Origin: a virus
Taxonomy: Duplodnaviria; Caudoviricetes
IMG/VR virus record: IMGVR_UViG_3300036801_000157
Location: 1-62,439 of that record
Length of the DNA: 62,439 nt
Strand: one strand, 5' to 3'
Below, in pieces: positions 46,853 to 56,974 of the stretch (position 1 is its first letter; every line of letters begins with the position of its first letter). The notes below the pieces were generated by a model, which was not told where the DNA came from, ran no database searches, and was given only the letters and a program-made list of their open reading frames with translations. The translations under genes were made by a program, and so were the position numbers.

Positions 46853-47095
46853 TCAACGCGCCCGCGATCGAGTGCTCATGCGGGTCAGCTCCCGCTGCTG
46901 CCGCATCACCTCGTTCTGCCGCTCGATCCGCTCGACCGCAAGCCGATCCTGCGCGATGCGCTCCGCAAAACGATCCTGCTGAGCTTTCGCCAAAGCGTCG
47001 CCATTGCTCATCAGCGCCAGCCCGCGCACCCTGTGCCACGCCTCTTTGATCGCCGCACGCCGCTCAGCACACCCGCAAGGCATTGCACAATCCAT
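46853..47095 (-). CDS. Small hypothetical protein
   Basis: MPCGCAERR motif. Confidence 0.45.
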   Translation of the reverse strand: MDCAMPCGCAERRAAIKEAWHRVRGLALMSNGDALAKAQQDRFAERIAQDRLAVERIERQNEVMRQQRELTRMSTRSRAR

Positions 47096-47282
47096 CCAAT
47101 TTGATTAAATTCTTCAAGCCGAACCGCACCCACCCGGTCCGCCGCAAGCCCGTCCCTTCCTGACCTCACTTCTCCGATCTGCCGCACGCCACACCGCCCC
47201 ACACCATCCCATCACTCAGCCCCATATTGCGTAGGCGATGATCATTGCTATCACCACCAGAAACGCCAACAGAAGCCAACTG

Positions 47283-47474
47283 TCAGCAGGATCGATCCTC
47301 ATGTCTTTTATCTTCTATCGCGACCAGCGCCATCCGCAGCAGCAACTCGACGCTCTCGGCCAGCCAGCGCTGCGTGGCCGTGAATTGATCGTGCTTCATC
47401 TCCTCGATCTCGCGTTTGCGCTTCAACAACGCAATCACCTGCCGCTCGGCGACCATTGGAGCCATCATTCCCAA
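47283..47474 (-). CDS. Small hypothetical protein
   Basis: ORF track; operon orientation. Confidence 0.45.
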   Translation of the reverse strand: MGMMAPMVAERQVIALLKRKREIEEMKHDQFTATQRWLAESVELLLRMALVAIEDKRHEDRSC

Positions 47475-47661
47475 TATCTGTGTTGGTTATTCGCTTGCCA
47501 ACGATATAATTGCTGCTTCCAGCCCAATCTAGCCGCCACCTTCCGCCACAGCGGCGCAGCCTCGGCGCAACGCCTGATGGAAGCGGCATGCAAAGCGTTG
47601 TGCATCTTGATGCGGTCGAGAAACGGCGTCTCGCCTTTCAGATGCTCGCCGACGGAGCCCA

Positions 47662-49257
47662 TCATGCCACCGCAGGCATTTTCTCGACGTAATCCTGCAC
47701 GCCCTGGAGCATCTCATCCGCCTCGGAACGCAACTCCACCTCGCCTCTCACGATCGGGCCGTAATGGTTGGCGAGATTGCGTAGCGTAAGACCATGCGTT
47801 TCCACCGCAAAAGCCGGGCATTCCTTGCACAGCTTCTGAAACGCATAACCTTGGCCACTTCCATAACAGCCCCATTCATCGTCCGTGCAGTTGACACCAT
47901 CGTCGAACACCGTGAGATAGCAGGTCGCTACGTTCCGCGGATTTGAATATTCCGCCATGAGATTGCTGAACTCGGGATCGCTTGCGCCGTGAGCGTTCCA
48001 ACTCGTTTGAAAAAGACCGGCCTCGGCCGTATCGCTCGAAACATTGGTGGCCGACAAGTCCCGACCTTCGCAGTGCCGCCCGCTGCTCTCTCTCATCCCG
48101 CTTCCGATCATTAAAGCATACAGATGGCGCAACGTATCAACCCCCGCCGCCTCGTTGCTCATTCCCATCGCGTCGAACTTGCTGCGATAGATATTGAGCG
48201 CATCCTTGTCCGAGCCAGTCCGCGCCTTCGACATTTCGACCGCCGCGCGGTGCCCGAGCTGTAACTTGCGATATGTCTGGGCGAACGCCAGCGCCATGCC
48301 TTCCGTGAATCCTGGCGGCGCAACCCCACGATCCTTCCAAGAATACTCCGCGATCTCGCTCGCGTCGGCGATGGCGCAAATCGCCTCGATGTCCCGTTCG
48401 CTAAGCGCATGCGGCGGAGGCGGCAATGGTGGCTTGCTGTCATACAAAGCCGCCCATGTCTCCTCACCGCAGATGCCATCGGCGGCAAGCCCGCGCGTCG
48501 CCTGATAATTCATGACGGCAGTCTCGGTCTTATTTCCGAAGTCGCCGTCGTCATTTAGATTCGGCGCAAGCTCGGTGAGATTGAGTAGATACTGCAAATC
48601 CTCCACATCACGGCCCTCGTCGCCATTGCCTAGCACAGGCCGCTGCTCCAACGGCACTTCAAGCGGATCACCGACCCACGGCGGCCGCTCCGGCGGCACC
48701 GGCACGTCGATCGGCGGCTGCTCGGGCGGCTTCTCGAGTGCCTTGCCGGCGATCGACGCCGCTATGGCGTGGCAGATGGCTTCGAAGTGCTGGCGATATA
48801 AGTTGCAATCGGACGACGAATCGCAGAAAAACGTTTCGATCAAAATTGCTGGCTTGGCCGTGTTGTTCAGAAAGTACAGCCCATTTTTCTTTGCCCCACG
48901 ATTGGTGAAGCCACCCGCATCGGCAATCGCCAACGACACCTTGGCTGCGAGATCAGCCTGTGTCGCATACCAAACTTCAGTGCCGTGCGCGCCAGGAGTT
49001 GCATTTAGGTGCACACTGCAGTCGAGATCGCGCGTCTGCTTATTATGCCAGCCCACAATTGTTTTTAAATTAGTATCCTGATCATGGCTCGTGTTGTCGT
49101 GAAACTTTACCGTCGGCACCCCGCCATCATTGAGAATTTGCGTGACCCGATCGACTATCTTGCGCACCTCGTCGACTTCGTCGCATTGCGGTGGCACCGG
49201 CGAGCCCGCAGCGCCTCTGATATATTTTCCATGACCCGACGAGATCGCCAACTTCAT
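47662..49257 (-). CDS. Endolysin: N-acetylmuramoyl-L-alanine amidase + peptidoglycan-binding domain + extra C-terminal domain
   Basis: ISSGHG, SVHLNA, GTEV, PAILIE..F; DGDFG..T..AV..YQ...GL.ADGI.G..TW; RESSG...AGLFQ. Confidence 0.9.
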   Translation of the reverse strand: MKLAISSGHGKYIRGAAGSPVPPQCDEVDEVRKIVDRVTQILNDGGVPTVKFHDNTSHDQDTNLKTIVGWHNKQTRDLDCSVHLNATPGAHGTEVWYATQADLAAKVSLAIADAGGFTNRGAKKNGLYFLNNTAKPAILIETFFCDSSSDCNLYRQHFEAICHAIAASIAGKALEKPPEQPPIDVPVPPERPPWVGDPLEVPLEQRPVLGNGDEGRDVEDLQYLLNLTELAPNLNDDGDFGNKTETAVMNYQATRGLAADGICGEETWAALYDSKPPLPPPPHALSERDIEAICAIADASEIAEYSWKDRGVAPPGFTEGMALAFAQTYRKLQLGHRAAVEMSKARTGSDKDALNIYRSKFDAMGMSNEAAGVDTLRHLYALMIGSGMRESSGRHCEGRDLSATNVSSDTAEAGLFQTSWNAHGASDPEFSNLMAEYSNPRNVATCYLTVFDDGVNCTDDEWGCYGSGQGYAFQKLCKECPAFAVETHGLTLRNLANHYGPIVRGEVELRSEADEMLQGVQDYVEKMPAVA

Positions 49258-49814
49258 TTTCGGTCTCCATCCGGTAGATAAAATTCACCCTGAAATCCGC
49301 GCGCAATAGCCTCATAAGCCGCTGCCGCATCTTCTGCTGTGCCAAAACACCCGATGTGCTGGTAGCGACCATCTATGCTAATTCGCGCCGACCATCTTGT
49401 GCCAGACGGATGAACGCCACGGAACCCAGACTTGTTGTCGTTTCTAATCCGCATATTCCATTTCTGCTGAAGATGACTAGCAGGCCGCAGATTAACCCAC
49501 CGATTGTTATCTCCATCACCATGCTTGTGATCAAGCGTCTCCGGCGGCTCCTCGCCTGTCATCCACTTGTAGATCACGCGATGCTCCTGATAGCTGCTTT
49601 TTTCGATCAGAACCCGGCGATGCCCAGTGCCTTTCACATTACCAGCACGAGCGCCAGCATTGTTCGCGTTCCAGACCGCCCATCCTTTGTATGTGGCGAA
49701 GCGATGTCTTGCTCGCGGTTTCCATATCAACCAACCGGTCTCAGGATCGTAGTCTAGATATTCGCGCAGCAGCTCGACAGGCGGCAGAATTTTGATAGCC
49801 TTCGCCTTAGACAT
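49254..49814 (-). CDS. HNH homing endonuclease with AP2-like C-terminus
   Basis: YDPETG, EHRVIY, LDHKHG...NN...NLR, SGFRGV...W.ARI...G.F.TAE.AA. Confidence 0.9.
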   Translation of the reverse strand: MSKAKAIKILPPVELLREYLDYDPETGWLIWKPRARHRFATYKGWAVWNANNAGARAGNVKGTGHRRVLIEKSSYQEHRVIYKWMTGEEPPETLDHKHGDGDNNRWVNLRPASHLQQKWNMRIRNDNKSGFRGVHPSGTRWSARISIDGRYQHIGCFGTAEDAAAAYEAIARGFQGEFYLPDGDRK

Positions 49815-50049
49815 CGAAGCACCTCCGTTGCTTTGGTGTTCAGAGATGTCGCTTCCGTGCAAGGAAACGGCATCTCGCCTTCAACTCAAGGCGGCGTCAT
49901 CGCCCATGCGATCAACGCGAACATAGCCGCCGTCGCCACCACCACGATCGAGGCCTGAACGCGAATGTCTTGATCGATGCTCGGCGCCACCATGACAGCG
50001 CAGATCACAGCAGCCACCGCGATAGCCAAAGCAACGATCACGCCACGCA

Positions 50050-50265
50050 TCAGACCGACGGTAAGGGCGCGCCGTCAAGAGTCGCGCACTTCACCGCCCA
50101 CATTGCTGCATTTTCGTAATGCGTCATGGCGAGCGAGGCCAGCCTGGAATCATGCGATTTCAGCGTCTCACAGATGTCGATCAGCTCAGCCGTCTTTCGA
50201 TTGATCAGATCAACCAACGGATGACCGCTCGGCCTTGGCCGCATTCTTTCCTGGCCGATGCCCAT
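50050..50265 (-). CDS. Acb2/Tad1-like small helical protein
   Basis: AELID.C...R.ASLA.T..E.AAMWAVK motif. Confidence 0.55.
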   Translation of the reverse strand: MGIGQERMRPRPSGHPLVDLINRKTAELIDICETLKSHDSRLASLAMTHYENAAMWAVKCATLDGAPLPSV

Positions 50266-50279
50266 CTCCGACGTTCCCG

Positions 50280-50618
50280 TCAGCGGTGTTGAGGCTGATG
50301 CGGCTGCGGAGGCAGCTGTCCAGGTGTAGGCCGCTGCCCCGGACCAGGCGGGTGCTGCTCGGGCCGCGGATTCTGCGTCGGGTTGGGATTCGGCTGCGGT
50401 TGATTCGGCGGCTCAGTATGTGGCTGCGGCTGATTGGGATTCGGATTGGGATTCGCCATTGCTCTTGCTCCTGCTCCTGTTTGTTCTGTTTGCTTCGCCT
50501 CGCGCTCGCACTCCATTTCGATCAACGCGTCGGCAAAGCCCTTCTTGTAGCCGGCGTCAAAGCCGATATCGTAGCCGTTGGCGTATGCCTGATTCTCAGA
50601 CGTTCCGCGCTCCATCAT
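50280..50618 (-). CDS. Hypothetical protein(s) with Pro/Gln-rich C-terminus
   Basis: GY..GF..GY motif; NPNPNQPQP tract possibly with a separate start at MANPN. Confidence 0.45.
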   Translation of the reverse strand: MMERGTSENQAYANGYDIGFDAGYKKGFADALIEMECEREAKQTEQTGAGARAMANPNPNPNQPQPHTEPPNQPQPNPNPTQNPRPEQHPPGPGQRPTPGQLPPQPHQPQHR

Positions 50619-50857
50619 CCGTCCCTCGCAGAAAAAGAGGCAGGCCGATCATAGCCTGCCGAGTCGGGGAGGAACAAGGCATAGTCATGGTTTTGGCGGA
50701 TCAGCGGCGACGCCTGCGGCGCGCTCGGCCGCTGCAATCCGCGCTTCCGCCGCAGCGATCACCGCCTCGGCCCGCGCCACCACCGCCTCGGCCCGCGAGA
50801 TCACGGATTCGACACGCAAGCGCGTGGAAGTCTCACTTTCAAAACCCCAACGCATGG

Positions 50858-51172
50858 TCATGGCGGTGCCTCGGGTGGACGCGGACGCGGCAGCTCGATC
50901 GGAACCGATTCGTCGCTCTGCACCCTGAAACGAGCAGTCGGCTGCACACCTGACGCGCAATTGGCCAACTGCTTGATGAGTTCGGTCTGCTGCGCGATCA
51001 TCGCGATCTGAACGCGCTCCATCGACGCCCGCGTTTCCTTGCCGCTCATATAAAACAAAATCAGGAACACCACAAAAAAGGCGATCAGCGCCAGCGTCGC
51101 CGGTGAGTTCTTCAGGCTCTCGACGATCGAGGTTGCGACTTTTCCAACTTCCTCTGATGGACCTGGGTTCAC
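50858..51172 (-). CDS. Putative holin-like membrane protein
   Basis: Single TM (LALIAFFVVFLILFY); near the endolysin. Confidence 0.45.
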   Translation of the reverse strand: MNPGPSEEVGKVATSIVESLKNSPATLALIAFFVVFLILFYMSGKETRASMERVQIAMIAQQTELIKQLANCASGVQPTARFRVQSDESVPIELPRPRPPEAPP

Positions 51173-51302
51173 CTTACCTCACTCGATTGGAACGATTTGA
51201 CGCCAGCATTGTTTTATCATCGTCGTGAGAGCATGCTGATCGCCCCCGTCCCCCGGCAAGCGGTCATCCCCTCCCCGCAGGCTCTCACGCAAATCCTTCC
51301 AC

Positions 51303-51665
51303 ATGCAGGCTCGATCGATGGCGCGCGCAGCAGCAATTATCCTTTTAATGCTCGCCACGACGCCAGCGGCGGCCCAGGGCTGGAGCTGGGATGGCACCTA
51401 TGATCCCTATTGCCCGCCAGGATGGTGCTACCAGCGGCCCGCCGTCGAGCAGCGCAGGCCTGTCCGCCATCGAACGCCTCGCGAGGCCGAGCGACCGGCC
51501 AAGCACCATGCCAAACCAGCGGCGAAGGTCGCTCGTGCTGCGCCGCAACGCGCGATGTCGCATGACGACGAGCGGGAATGGCTCAACAGCCGGGTGAAAA
51601 ACTTCTGCCGGCGTTATCCCAAGGATCAGGCCTGCCATCCGCCTGAATCACCCAAAGAGCCGTAG
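51303..51665 (+). CDS. Putative secreted protein
   Basis: Signal peptide ending AAA-Q; C-terminal FC.RYP.D..C. Confidence 0.5.
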   Translation: MQARSMARAAAIILLMLATTPAAAQGWSWDGTYDPYCPPGWCYQRPAVEQRRPVRHRTPREAERPAKHHAKPAAKVARAAPQRAMSHDDEREWLNSRVKNFCRRYPKDQACHPPESPKEP

Positions 51666-52003
51666 GACATCTCGCCGATCGCATGCCAAATCCACGCGAC
51701 GATCGCGCACCACAAAATCAGCGCGATAAGCCCCAGCATCAGACAGAAAACAACGTCGCCTTTTTGCGCGCGGCCCATGGTAATGAAGGCTGCGTCCCGA
51801 AGTACCCGTTACGGAACGCAGCTAACCGCCGAGAGCAACGAATATTTGGGGACATGCGCGACACTCGGCGGCTGTAGCGCCAGCCGGGCCCTCACCATGA
51901 AAAGAGCCCGGCTGTTCGGCACCTTTGTCGCCAGCGCTGTCGTATCAAGGTGACGCGGATGCCGGCATCGCATGGCCAGACCGGCCGGACTGCCATCGCG
52001 ATC

Positions 52004-52165
52004 TCACTTGTCGTGCTGCTCCGTGACATCGGTGCGTTTCACGACTTTTTCGGTGCCGTCATCGAGCGTGACGACAACTTGATCACCGCCCTGCTGGAAA
52101 CCAGCGTCGCCAGCACGAGCGTCACGAACATTCCTAACGTTTTTTCCTTGGTATTGTTTTGCCAT
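52004..52165 (-). CDS. Small hypothetical protein (53 aa)
   Basis: Read by hand: AAGGA RBS, MAKQYQGKNVRNVRDARAGD...VTLDDGTEKVV. Confidence 0.6.
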   Translation of the reverse strand: MAKQYQGKNVRNVRDARAGDAGFQQGGDQVVVTLDDGTEKVVKRTDVTEQHDK

Positions 52166-52279
52166 TTTCATTTTTCCTTTTCACAGTTTGCAGGGAGGCG
52201 CCCGCGCCTAGGAGCAAAGGCGCCCCCCCTCTTCACAACTGCAACCCTAGGAAAGCAGCGGAAGCCGAAATGGGCTTCT

Positions 52280-52951
52280 CTATTTCTTCACCGGCTGACC
52301 TGCCGGAGTACTTGGCAATGTGCCGGCCTGCGGCGGAGCATGAGTCGGCGGAGCATGAGTTTCTTCAGGCGGCTGGCCACCACCGGGACCGCTGGGAGGA
52401 TTCGGCTTGCCACCAGGCACATAAGCAGGATGCCAGCCCTGGCCAGGACTCCATGCCCAAGCCCAATTCGGATCAGAGGGATTGGTCGGAGGAGAACCAG
52501 GTTGTTGCGGCGGCGGCTGCTGTCCCGGAAGGCCTTGATCGGGATACGGTAACGGTCCTGGCCCAGGCCAAATCTGCGGCGGATACGGCGGCTGCGGGCC
52601 TGGGAATCCGATATCCATGTAGGGCGGCTTTCCGGGCCAAGGACCTGGCTGCGGTCCGGGCCCACCGATATCCACGTAATTTGGTGGCCGGCCTCCCCAG
52701 ATGCCCAATGGCGGAGGTTGTGGCTGGGGAAATCCGATGTCGACGTAGTTAGGCGGACGGCCGCCCCAAATACCAAGAGGCGGACCACCACCCGGCTGAC
52801 CGGGCTGCGGTCCTGGTCCTCCAATGTCCACATAATTCGGCGGCCTGCCGCCCCAGATTTGAAGTGGCGGCCCACCCGGCATCGGGCCTCCACCAACACC
52901 AACATCAGAAAAGAACAAAATGCCCTGAAATGTAACCGGTACCGCTGCCAT
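52280..52951 (-). CDS. Pro/Gly-rich repeat protein
   Basis: Three PPL.IWGGRPPNYVDIG repeats; GGAGG RBS. Confidence 0.7.
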   Translation of the reverse strand: MAAVPVTFQGILFFSDVGVGGGPMPGGPPLQIWGGRPPNYVDIGGPGPQPGQPGGGPPLGIWGGRPPNYVDIGFPQPQPPPLGIWGGRPPNYVDIGGPGPQPGPWPGKPPYMDIGFPGPQPPYPPQIWPGPGPLPYPDQGLPGQQPPPQQPGSPPTNPSDPNWAWAWSPGQGWHPAYVPGGKPNPPSGPGGGQPPEETHAPPTHAPPQAGTLPSTPAGQPVKK

Positions 52952-53077
52952 GTGATCCTCCTAGGCTATTGCCAGCATGCCCTGCTGGCGCGGGTGAAAT
53001 CGTGTTAGAGTGCGCAGCGGCCGAGCGCTGTCAACGTTCGACCGCCACTTGTCACAATAGCCTTGTATGGAGGCCAT

Positions 53078-53605
53078 ATGACCAATCACCATCCTAACTT
53101 CAAAGATATCACCGGACAACGCTTCGGGCGTCTCATCGCGCTCGAACTCGCCACCGAGAAGCGGGACGGCCGTACTCTCTGGCTATGTCGTTGCGACTGC
53201 GGCAAAGAAAAAGCAATCTCAGGCAAATATCTCCGAACTGGCCGCACCATCTCCTGCGGCTGCGCGCGACGCGGGATACCACACAATTTTCGTCATGGGC
53301 ATGGGCACGCACGACACAACAGCGAACGGCATTACCTTTATCGCACTTGGTCCAGGATGCGCGAACGCTGCAACAATCCAAATCACCACGCTTATGATCT
53401 ATACGGCGGATGCGGCATCACGGTGTGCACGCGCTGGAATGATTTCGCCGTCTTCCTTGCCGACATCCTCGGCAGGATCGGTGAACGGCCACCCGGCCTC
53501 ACCCTCGATCGCTATCCTGATCCATACGGCAACTACGAACCAGACAATGTGCGCTGGGCTACCAGAAAGCAGCAGGCCAACAACAGACGATTGCCGTCTC
53601 GTTGA
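53078..53605 (+). CDS. HNH-type endonuclease
   Basis: G.RFGRL, W.C.CDCG, SCGC, W..M.ERC.NP, YGG.GI.VC.RW, TLDR..D..GNYEPDN.RWAT. Confidence 0.85.
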   Translation: MTNHHPNFKDITGQRFGRLIALELATEKRDGRTLWLCRCDCGKEKAISGKYLRTGRTISCGCARRGIPHNFRHGHGHARHNSERHYLYRTWSRMRERCNNPNHHAYDLYGGCGITVCTRWNDFAVFLADILGRIGERPPGLTLDRYPDPYGNYEPDNVRWATRKQQANNRRLPSR

Positions 53606-53819
53606 CCTCAGTCCTCGAATCGCACGGTGCCGTCACGCTTGGCCCGGCGCATGAATTCCTCGTAGTCACGCTTGGCCTGCGCCGCGCGCTCGGCAGTCAG
53701 TCTATTGAGCGGTCCCAATGCGGCTTCAAGCTCGGCGTGCGTGTAGACGTAGTCGCCGACCTTGTAATGGCCGAACCATTGCCGCCATTTGCGAACGAGC
53801 CAATTGATCATCCATCGAA

Positions 53820-54059
53820 TCACACTGTGTCGGAGCGCTTGGCCTTGGCGCGGGTGCGTCGCGCGCGCTCGGTGCTCGACATGGCCTTGGCGCCGATCGG
53901 CGGACGGCCGGCGCGCTTCGGCTTTATAGCCGCAGCCATTTCCTTCTCGAGCTCGGCTTGAGTGTATCGCCGGCCGATCGAAGGCCCATCGGGCGGAGGC
54001 CTGCACTCGAGCAAGTCGGCGCCGCAATGCGGGCACTTGATTGTGGCCTTGCGCTTCAT
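53820..54059 (-). CDS. Small Zn-ribbon/DNA-binding protein
   Basis: CPHCG; GRPPIG.KAMS.TER.RR. Confidence 0.5.
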   Translation of the reverse strand: MKRKATIKCPHCGADLLECRPPPDGPSIGRRYTQAELEKEMAAAIKPKRAGRPPIGAKAMSSTERARRTRAKAKRSDTV

Positions 54060-54340
54060 TGCTTGGCCTTCGTCGCACGATCGGCCGCCCGCTTCTTTCG
54101 CATCAACTCGCGCATGTAGATTAGCCGATCGGTCTTCGCGGCAATCATTGGTCGGTCTTGGCGTGCCGCTCGCGCTCGATTGGCACCTTTATTTGCCAAA
54201 CCTGGAAATTCACCGATCAACCTGCGTTCGACGTATCTAGCTTTCTCCTGATCTTCAAATATCGCCAAGATCACCATTTTTGTTTTACGATCACGAACGC
54301 GTGGCCATGCAGATGATGCCGGATCATATTTATGATTCAT
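54056..54340 (-). CDS. GIY-YIG-like fragment/hypothetical protein
   Basis: A...ER.LI......ANK pattern only. Confidence 0.35.
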   Translation of the reverse strand: MNHKYDPASSAWPRVRDRKTKMVILAIFEDQEKARYVERRLIGEFPGLANKGANRARAARQDRPMIAAKTDRLIYMRELMRKKRAADRATKAKQ

Positions 54341-54423
54341 GAGCCGCCCACCTGGGTTGCTCGTGACGCCGATATAGAAGACCGTTTGCGTTTCTTCGTC
54401 GAGAATACCGTAGATGTGGAACG

Positions 54424-54783
54424 CTATTTACGTTGCGCCTTTGCCTTGACAGCTCGGCGCGCTTCGCACACCGGGCAAGGCGTAGAGACTACACTATCCG
54501 TAGATGCTACGCTAGGCATCGCGGCAAGCTTGCCATGGGCCTCGGCCAGGGCCCGTTTCAGCACCCGCACCTCGGCTTCCAGCTCGTTGATCCGCTCGAT
54601 TGCCTGCGCCATGGCAGCAGCACGCTCGGCCGGCCGCTCGACCGTCACATAACGCTTGCGACCGATCGAAGGCTTGTCAGCCAGCGGATTGTCGGTGCGC
54701 TTGGCGACGGCGCCGTCCCATGCATGCGGCTCGTGCGTGTAATGCTCGTGCCCGCACAGCTTACATTTCGGCCGTCTTACCAT
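54424..54783 (-). CDS. Hypothetical Zn-binding protein
   Basis: PKCKLCG.EH...H, CPVCEARR. Confidence 0.55.
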   Translation of the reverse strand: MVRRPKCKLCGHEHYTHEPHAWDGAVAKRTDNPLADKPSIGRKRYVTVERPAERAAAMAQAIERINELEAEVRVLKRALAEAHGKLAAMPSVASTDSVVSTPCPVCEARRAVKAKAQRK

Positions 54784-54903
54784 CAGGCGACTTCTTTTTC
54801 GTCACGGCCATCATGGCATTGATGGCGAGCAGAACGCCGAACCGCCCAAGCTCAAAGCCGGCGCCGAACAATATGGCCAACAGGAATAACTCCCAGCCAG
54901 CCA

Positions 54904-55419
54904 TCACGCCGCCTCGCCGGGCTCAGCCACACCTTCGATCATTTTCATCTCGTCGGTGACATCATCGCTGTCGCTGTAGACCTTCTCGCCGCGCTCATTC
55001 AAGATCGTCACATTCACCACGGTGCGCTGGCCATGCGTTACCGGAGGCGCATCTGCCGGAGCCAATCGCGTCGATTCGTAGGGCAAAATCTCGGCGAGAT
55101 AGCGCAATTGCATGACGCATAATTCCATGAACGTCCGGTAGTCGCCGCCAGGCCGTTCTGTCCCATCGGGGTTCCACGGCTGCTTGATGGCCATGGCGCT
55201 GCCGAGATAACGCGCCGTATCGCGCAGGCTCGTCAGCGACAGCTTGTGCACTGCAGGCACGTTCGCCTTGGCCTTCTCAATCGCTGCGATTGTGCGCTTG
55301 TTGAGCGCCCCCAGCGGCCGTCCGCCCTTGCTTGGATTGTTCGGGTCTTTGGCCTCGGATTTGCGTTTGCGCTTGGGCGGCACATACGTCGTCGGCGCGG
55401 AAAGCTCCTTTAATTTCAT
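54904..55419 (-). CDS. Putative terminase small subunit
   Basis: KGGRP.GA.NKRT, A..LPYE..RL motifs; follows ParB-MTase. Confidence 0.6.
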   Translation of the reverse strand: MKLKELSAPTTYVPPKRKRKSEAKDPNNPSKGGRPLGALNKRTIAAIEKAKANVPAVHKLSLTSLRDTARYLGSAMAIKQPWNPDGTERPGGDYRTFMELCVMQLRYLAEILPYESTRLAPADAPPVTHGQRTVVNVTILNERGEKVYSDSDDVTDEMKMIEGVAEPGEAA

Positions 55420-55486
55420 TGCGGTATTCTACATGAGCACAGTCTTCTGACATGGTGGCGAGAGTTGCCCGTTGAAAATACTCCCG

Positions 55487-56907
55487 TCAAGCGGCAAATA
55501 CTGGCGCAGGCGCCTTGGCCTTGGCTTTCGCCTTGAACTTACTGGACTTTGGCTTCTTTCCCAACCGCTCGGCCCTGACCTGATCGAAGCTTTGCCCGTC
55601 CATGGTCGCCTGCTTGCCGGTGAAGTTCTGCCAGCGCTCGATAGAACAATCCACATAGCCTGGATCGATCTCGATGGCGTAACAGCGTCGCGCCGTCATT
55701 TCGGCGGCGACAATCGTGGTGCCGGAGCCGACAAAGGGATCGTACACGCCATCCCCTGGCTGGCTGTTGTTCTCGATCGGACGCTTCATGCACTCGACTG
55801 GCTTCTGGGTAGAATGGCCGGTCTCGGATTTTACCGGCTTGTCGATTTGCCAGAGCGTCGATTGCGTCCGGTCGCCTTGCCAGTGCGCGGTCGCGCCTTT
55901 CCGAACACTGTACCAGCACGGTTCATGCTGAACATGGTAGTTTCCGCGGCCGATCACGAATTGCTGCTTGGCCCAAATGATTTGAGCCCGAACTTCAAAA
56001 CCGGCGGCGATCAATGCGTCACGGTGCTCGACCAATAAATCTCCGCCCGGAGACCATGCGTACACGACATTACCTGGAAACAGCGCCCAGGCATTGCGCC
56101 AATCCGCTTTGTCGTCATTCTTCACAACGCCTATGGCGCTCGCGCCATAGGCTTCCCATTTGCTCGGTCGGCCCGATTGCGCCAGTCTGGATCGTAATCC
56201 ACCCCATACGGCGGATCGGTCACCATGAGGTGCGGCTGCGCCTTGCCGAGAGCTCTCGCGACATCCGCTGCATTGGTCGCATCGCCGCACAGCAGCCGGT
56301 GCCGCCCGAGCCGCCACAAATCGCCAAGTCGCGTCACCGGAATCTTCGGCGGCTCCGGCGCCTCGTCAGGATCGGTCAATCCCGGCGTCGCATCGAATGA
56401 CGCCAACTCGGCATCGCCGAATCCCAACAGCGGCAGATCGAAGCCATGCAACTTTAATTCGCCGACTTCCAATTTGATCAATTCCTGATCCCAGCCGGCC
56501 AGCAGCGCCACCTGATTATCCGCAATGCGCAGCGCGCGCTTGTCGTCGTCTGATAGACCATGCTGCACCACTACCGGAAAACTCGTGAGACCCGCCTTCA
56601 AGGCCGCGAGGCGCCTGCCATGGCCTTTCAAAATCACGCCACTCTCGTCAACCACGATCGGCTGGTCGACGCCGTACCGCGCCATCAGATTGGCCAGCAG
56701 ATCGATCTGCTCGTCGCTGTGCGTTCGCGCGTTCTGCGGATAAGGCACGATCTTGGCAAGCGGCCGGTTCTCGACCCGATCAGCCGGCTGCCCATTCGAT
56801 CGCTTCAGGGAAGGCCGTGGAGGCGTTTTGCGCCGGGAGGCGGCTATCCTAGCCATGGACGGATTTCTCGCATGGGCGGCCACCTGTGGCAGGGATGAGG
56901 CATTCAT
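55487..56907 (-). pseudogene. ParB-N / N4-N6 DNA methyltransferase fusion, split by a frameshift near 56150
   Basis: Frame 1: YP.NARTH, GHGR..A, GD.W.LG.HRLLCGD, TDPPYG; frame 2: HSTQKPV, VYDPF.GSGTT, EIDP.Y. Confidence 0.8.
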
Positions 56908-56974
56908 TTAGCGGCCGCAGCGGCATGGGACGGGATTCCCGCCGCCTTACGTGCCATCGAGCTTGGCACCATCC

